DNA of 32,000 nucleotides, taken from NCBI RefSeq assembly GCF_000010065.1, contig NC_006576.1, forward strand, positions 2,100,001 through 2,132,000, in the 5' to 3' direction. This DNA comes from Synechococcus elongatus PCC 6301 (lineage in GTDB: Bacteria; Cyanobacteriota; Cyanobacteriia; Synechococcales; Synechococcaceae). Below, in pieces: positions 28,314-32,000 of the stretch. The notes beneath the pieces were generated by a model that saw only the letters and a program-made list of their open reading frames with translations, ran no database searches and was not told where the DNA came from. The position numbers and the translations under genes are program-made. How positions within the stretch are numbered: the first letter of the stretch is position 1; each line of letters opens with the position of its first letter.

Positions 28314-28510
28314 CAAGGTCAACCTGTTCTAAAGCCAGTGAATGCAATTTTTGGAACGATGATGCCGCTCGCAACAGTGTTCAGCGATTACGTTCCCGAA
28401 GAAAGATCTTCTAGGGCGATCAGGCTGGGAGGCCTAGGACAGTCTGCCTTGATTGCTTACTAGTGAACGTGCTAGCACCCGAGTGCTCAAAGCCGTAATG
28501 ACTTTGAGTT

Positions 28511-28552
28511 GTAACGACGGCTACATTTTGACCCTGGGGTTACTACTACCAT
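28511..28552 (+). promoter_or_regulatory. NtcA-activated (class II type) promoter of the cyn operon
   Basis: GTAACGACGGCTAC (28511-28524) is a perfect GTA-N8-TAC box. Exactly 22 nt downstream lies TACCAT (28547-28552), which fits the TAN3T -10 pattern. Nitrogen (NtcA) control of cynS in this organism is established knowledge. Confidence 0.6.
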
Positions 28553-28576
28553 TCGCCCTTAACTGAGGAAAGTTTG

Positions 28577-28945
28577 ATGGTCCCCCCAACACTTCTTGAG
28601 GAGCAATCTAAGCTCCTCCATTCTGCTGCGTGTCGCTGTCAGGATTGCTATCGTCTGACGACCGATCACGATCGCTTTTTGGAAGATATGCCGCAAGACC
28701 CTGAGATCTTGATGGCAGATTTTCAAAAGATGGGTTTATTCAAACCTGAATCGATTGCGATCGCCGATCGTCTGACGACTTCAGAGTTGCGCCAAGCCTT
28801 GTTCTTTAAAAATGCTTCCCAAGGGGATCCTGAACAGGGAAGCAATGCTGAGAGCTTTGGCTGCAGAAGCAGGTGGTTTAGATCAGGCATTTGCTGCTGC
28901 TTTTGGACCGCAAGCGGGTCGTTTTTTCAGCAACATTCAAGCTAG
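28577..28945 (+). CDS. Upstream ORF of the cyn operon (122 aa as read). Only the first about 78 codons look coding. It may be a detached N-terminal part of cynA.
   Basis: GAGGA (28565-28569) lies 7 nt before ATG 28577. This is the first ORF after the predicted promoter. It contains CRCQDCY...DH and overlaps cynA by 134 nt in another frame. See findings. Confidence 0.35.
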   Translation: MVPPTLLEEQSKLLHSAACRCQDCYRLTTDHDRFLEDMPQDPEILMADFQKMGLFKPESIAIADRLTTSELRQALFFKNASQGDPEQGSNAESFGCRSRWFRSGICCCFWTASGSFFQQHSS

Positions 28946-30167
28946 TGGCGGGGTCAGTCGTCGGGTTTTCCTGCGCAACTTGGTCGTTGGTGCAGCTCTC
29001 GTGACGCTGACCAACTGTGCCCAACAGGCTCAACAACCCGATAGCCCAACCACGACTGGCAGTGGCAATTTAGAAAAAACGGATCTGAAGGTTGGCTTTA
29101 TCCCGATTACCTGCGCCACTCCGATCATCATGTCAGATCCCTTGGGCTTCTATCAGAAATATGGCTTGAAAGTCCAAGTTGTGAAGATGCCGAGCTGGGG
29201 GGCAGTTCGAGATTCTGCGATCGCAGGCGAATTGGATGCCTATCACATGCTGGCACCGATGCCGATCGCGATGACCTTGGGTCTTGGCTCAGCTCCCTTC
29301 AGTGTCAAGTTAGCCAGTATTGAAAATATTAACGGTCAGGCGATTACGGTTGCCAAACGTCACCTTGGCAAAGTCAAAGAAGCGAAAGACTTCAAAGGCT
29401 TTGTGATTGGGGTCCCCTTCCCCTTCTCAATGCATAACCTGCTGTTGCGCTACTATCTCGCTGCTGGTGGTTTGAATCCCGATACCGATGTCCAAATTCG
29501 GCCAGTTCCCCCGCCAGATAGTATTGCTCAGCTCGTCGCAGGTGATATCGATGCGATGCTGATGCCCGATCCCTTTAATCAGCGGGCAGTGTATGAAGAT
29601 GCTGGCTTTATTCATCTGTTAACTAAAGAAATTTGGAATGGTCATCCTTGCTGTGCATTTGCAGCAGGTGAGCCTTGGATTCAAGAAAATCCCAATACGT
29701 TCCGAGCGCTTAACAAAGCAATTATTGAAGCAACTGGTTATGCCAGTAAGGCCGAAAATCGTGCTGAGATTGCCAAGGCTATTTCTAGCCGTCAGTACTT
29801 AAATCAACCACCCGAAGTCGTGGAAGCTGTGCTGACCGGTAAGTTCCCCAATGGTCAAGGTCAAGAACTGGATGTTCCCGATCGCATTGACTTCAATCCC
29901 TACCCATGGCAGAGCTTTGCCAACTGGATTCAATCGCAGCTAGTGCGTTGGGATCTGGGTAAAGCTGCCGGTGTGATCCAGCCCGATCAGTACGACAAGA
30001 ACGGTCAGGCAATTTACCTGACGACTGAAGCACAAACCCTCGAGAAGGAAGTGGGCCTGCAGCCGCCGACTGAAATCTATCGGGAAGAAAAGCTCGCTTA
30101 CGACACCTTTAACCCGCAGGATCCAGTCGCTTACCTCGCATCTCAAAAGCAGAAATACGGGAGATAA
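28812..30167 (+). CDS. cynA: Cyanate ABC transporter substrate-binding lipoprotein (NrtA/CmpA family)
   Basis: The twin-arginine signal and lipobox are SRRVFLRNLVVGAALVTLTNC. The NrtA-like core is KVGFIPITCATPIIM...SWGAVRDS. It is followed by cynB, cynD and cynS. The start is uncertain: ATG 28812 has no SD, and ATG 28845 is preceded by AGGGAAG. Confidence 0.88.
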   Translation: MLPKGILNREAMLRALAAEAGGLDQAFAAAFGPQAGRFFSNIQASGGVSRRVFLRNLVVGAALVTLTNCAQQAQQPDSPTTTGSGNLEKTDLKVGFIPITCATPIIMSDPLGFYQKYGLKVQVVKMPSWGAVRDSAIAGELDAYHMLAPMPIAMTLGLGSAPFSVKLASIENINGQAITVAKRHLGKVKEAKDFKGFVIGVPFPFSMHNLLLRYYLAAGGLNPDTDVQIRPVPPPDSIAQLVAGDIDAMLMPDPFNQRAVYEDAGFIHLLTKEIWNGHPCCAFAAGEPWIQENPNTFRALNKAIIEATGYASKAENRAEIAKAISSRQYLNQPPEVVEAVLTGKFPNGQGQELDVPDRIDFNPYPWQSFANWIQSQLVRWDLGKAAGVIQPDQYDKNGQAIYLTTEAQTLEKEVGLQPPTEIYREEKLAYDTFNPQDPVAYLASQKQKYGR

Positions 30168-30176
30168 ACACAACTT

Positions 30177-30968
30177 ATGGTGAGAACTCCTGTACCGCTT
30201 TACCTACGTTGGGCGGTCTCCATCCTCAGCGTGCTTGCGTTCCTAGCCATTTGGCAAATTGCGGCAGCTTCAGGATTTTTAGGCAAAACTTTTCCTGGCT
30301 CCCTGCGCACTTTGCAGGATTTGTTTGGATGGCTTTCAGATCCCTTCTTTGATAACGGCCCCAATGACTTAGGGATTGGCTGGAACTTACTGATTAGTTT
30401 GCGTCGCGTTGCGATCGGCTACCTGCTGGCAACAGTTGTTGCAATTCCTTTGGGGATTGCAATCGGTATGTCGGCGCTAGCTTCCAGTATTTTTTCGCCC
30501 TTTGTGCAACTCCTGAAGCCAGTTTCACCTTTGGCCTGGTTGCCGATTGGTCTCTTCTTATTCCGAGATTCGGAATTGACGGGTGTTTTTGTCATCCTGA
30601 TTTCGAGTCTGTGGCCAACGTTGATCAACACAGCGTTTGGGGTGGCGAATGTCAATCCTGACTTTTTGAAGGTTTCGCAATCTTTGGGAGCTAGTCGTTG
30701 GCGCACGATTCTGAAGGTGATTCTGCCCGCAGCATTGCCCAGCATCATCGCGGGAATGCGGATCAGCATGGGCATTGCTTGGCTGGTCATTGTGGCAGCA
30801 GAGATGCTGTTGGGAACAGGAATTGGCTATTTCATTTGGAATGAGTGGAATAACCTATCACTTCCTAATATTTTCTCGGCCATCATCATCATTGGGATTG
30901 TTGGCATTCTTCTCGACCAAGGCTTCCGTTTTCTTGAGAACCAGTTTTCTTACGCAGGCAACCGATAA
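30177..30968 (+). CDS. cynB: Cyanate ABC transporter permease (NrtB-like)
   Basis: 263 aa, polytopic, with an EAA-type loop region (SQSLGASRWRTILKVILPAALPSI). Confidence 0.9.
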   Translation: MVRTPVPLYLRWAVSILSVLAFLAIWQIAAASGFLGKTFPGSLRTLQDLFGWLSDPFFDNGPNDLGIGWNLLISLRRVAIGYLLATVVAIPLGIAIGMSALASSIFSPFVQLLKPVSPLAWLPIGLFLFRDSELTGVFVILISSLWPTLINTAFGVANVNPDFLKVSQSLGASRWRTILKVILPAALPSIIAGMRISMGIAWLVIVAAEMLLGTGIGYFIWNEWNNLSLPNIFSAIIIIGIVGILLDQGFRFLENQFSYAGNR

Positions 30969-30971
30969 CCC

Positions 30972-31841
30972 ATGATTTCTGAAGCTGTGCCAGCCAAGGA
31001 GGAGACAGGGCAGGCTCAATTGCTGATTGAGCAAGTTGGCAAAGTTTTTACTGTCAATTCACCTTCTCTCCTCGATCGCCTTCGACAGCGATCGCCCAAA
31101 CGCTACGTTGCATTAGAAGATGTCAACCTCACGATCGCGTCGAACACATTTGTCTCGATTATTGGCCCTTCGGGTTGTGGTAAATCAACCCTTCTCAACT
31201 TGATTGCTGGCCTTGATTTACCAACGTCTGGCCAGATTCTGCTGGATGGTCAACGCATTCGATCGCCGGGGCCCGATCGTGGCATCGTCTTCCAGAACTA
31301 TGCCCTGATGCCCTGGATGACCGCGCTTGAGAATGTCATCTTTGCAGTTGAAACGGCGCGCCCAAACCTGAGCAAATCCCAAGCTCGCGAAGTGGCACGA
31401 GAGCATCTAGAGCTGGTGGGTTTAACCAAAGCTGCCGATCGCTATCCGGGCCAAATTTCAGGGGGGATGAAACAGCGCGTAGCGATCGCCCGTGCCCTCT
31501 CCATCCGTCCTAAGCTCCTGCTGATGGATGAACCCTTTGGTGCCTTGGATGCCCTCACCCGTGGCTACCTCCAAGAAGAAGTGCTGCGGATTTGGGAAGC
31601 CAACAAACTGAGTGTGGTGCTCATCACTCACAGTATTGATGAAGCACTGCTGCTTTCCGATCGCATTGTGGTGATGTCTCGTGGGCCACGAGCCACTATT
31701 CGAGAAGTGATTGATTTACCAGCCGTTCGCCCTCGGCAACGGTCTGTGATCGAAGAAGATGAGCGCTTCGTCAAAATCAAATTGCGCCTTGAAGAACATT
31801 TGTTCAACGAGACGCGTGCAGTTGAAGAAGCCAGTGTTTAG
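30972..31841 (+). CDS. cynD: Cyanate ABC transporter ATP-binding protein (NrtD-like)
   Basis: Walker [10 protein letters not shown], signature ISGGMKQR and Walker B LLLMDEPF. Confidence 0.9.
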   Translation: MISEAVPAKEETGQAQLLIEQVGKVFTVNSPSLLDRLRQRSPKRYVALEDVNLTIASNTFVSIIGPSGCGKSTLLNLIAGLDLPTSGQILLDGQRIRSPGPDRGIVFQNYALMPWMTALENVIFAVETARPNLSKSQAREVAREHLELVGLTKAADRYPGQISGGMKQRVAIARALSIRPKLLLMDEPFGALDALTRGYLQEEVLRIWEANKLSVVLITHSIDEALLLSDRIVVMSRGPRATIREVIDLPAVRPRQRSVIEEDERFVKIKLRLEEHLFNETRAVEEASV

Positions 31842-31851
31842 GAGAATTCCA

Positions 31852-32000
31852 ATGACCTCAGCGATTACTGAACAACTTCTGAAAGCGAAAAAAGCAAAGG
31901 GAATTACCTTTACTGAGCTTGAGCAATTACTTGGACGGGATGAAGTCTGGATTGCGAGTGTGTTCTACCGTCAATCTACGGCTTCGCCTGAAGAGGCAGA
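31852..32000 (+). CDS. cynS: Cyanase (cyanate hydratase), N-terminal 49 codons; the gene continues past the window
   Basis: The ATG at 31852 is preceded by [47 protein letters not shown] matches the cyanase N-terminal helix-turn-helix-like domain. Confidence 0.9.
   Translation, partial: MTSAITEQLLKAKKAKGITFTELEQLLGRDEVWIASVFYRQSTASPEEA

Noticed and set aside
1-32000. Search for mobile elements, integrases, toxin-antitoxin pairs, restriction-modification or other defence genes, CRISPR arrays and rRNA genes
   Set aside because: No ORF shows transposase, integrase, nuclease-helicase or Cas-like motifs. There are no terminal inverted repeats or spacer-repeat arrays. Apart from the trough at 8120-8460, composition is uniform and HIP1-rich. 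The window looks like core genome.

Overview
The window reads as core chromosomal DNA of a Synechococcus elongatus-type cyanobacterium (PCC 7942/6301 lineage). The basis is the very high density of the HIP1 octamer GCGATCGC and proteins I recognise by eye: NblA, TxlA, SasA and the cynABDS cyanate operon. It runs from the 5' end of chlH (minus strand, truncated at position 1) to the 5' end of cynS (plus strand, truncated at 32000). It is tightly packed with about 38 protein genes and one tRNA-Glu(UUC). Calls in order: chlH', dapB, membrane hypothetical, AMIN-domain cell-wall amidase, VOC-like protein, glmM, a small unlisted 59-aa ORF, lytic transglycosylase, an AT-rich membrane protein, a NIL-2x[4Fe-4S] ferredoxin, txlA, nblA, two hypotheticals, a deacetylase, trpD, carA, a STAS protein, Mini-RNase III, an RlmB-like methyltransferase with a repeat-encoded Arg/Gly/Asp-rich N-terminus, a DUF1816-like protein, gatA, an alpha/beta hydrolase, a GNAT, tRNA-Glu, sasA, prs, a short BioD-like P-loop protein, a ROK kinase, fmt, an ABC exporter, a hypothetical, cynA, cynB, cynD, cynS'. 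I see no transposases, integrases, prophage genes, CRISPR arrays or recognisable defence-island content, so I cannot support a claim of a new multi-gene system. The strongest leads are local. (1) The cyn operon has a canonical NtcA-type promoter whose first Shine-Dalgarno-preceded ORF changes frame into cynA at a TTTAAAAATG run, which suggests a split, frameshifted or coupled cynA 5' region. (2) Near-perfect 159-bp tandem repeats encode a fibrillarin-GAR-like RG-rich extension on a 2'-O-methyltransferase. (3) A NIL-ferredoxin is paired with a compositionally mosaic membrane protein (about 34% G+C in one stretch), divergent from txlA. (4) Several degenerate enzyme paralogues and an unlisted small membrane ORF. 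All functional calls rest on by-eye motif recognition. No searches were run.
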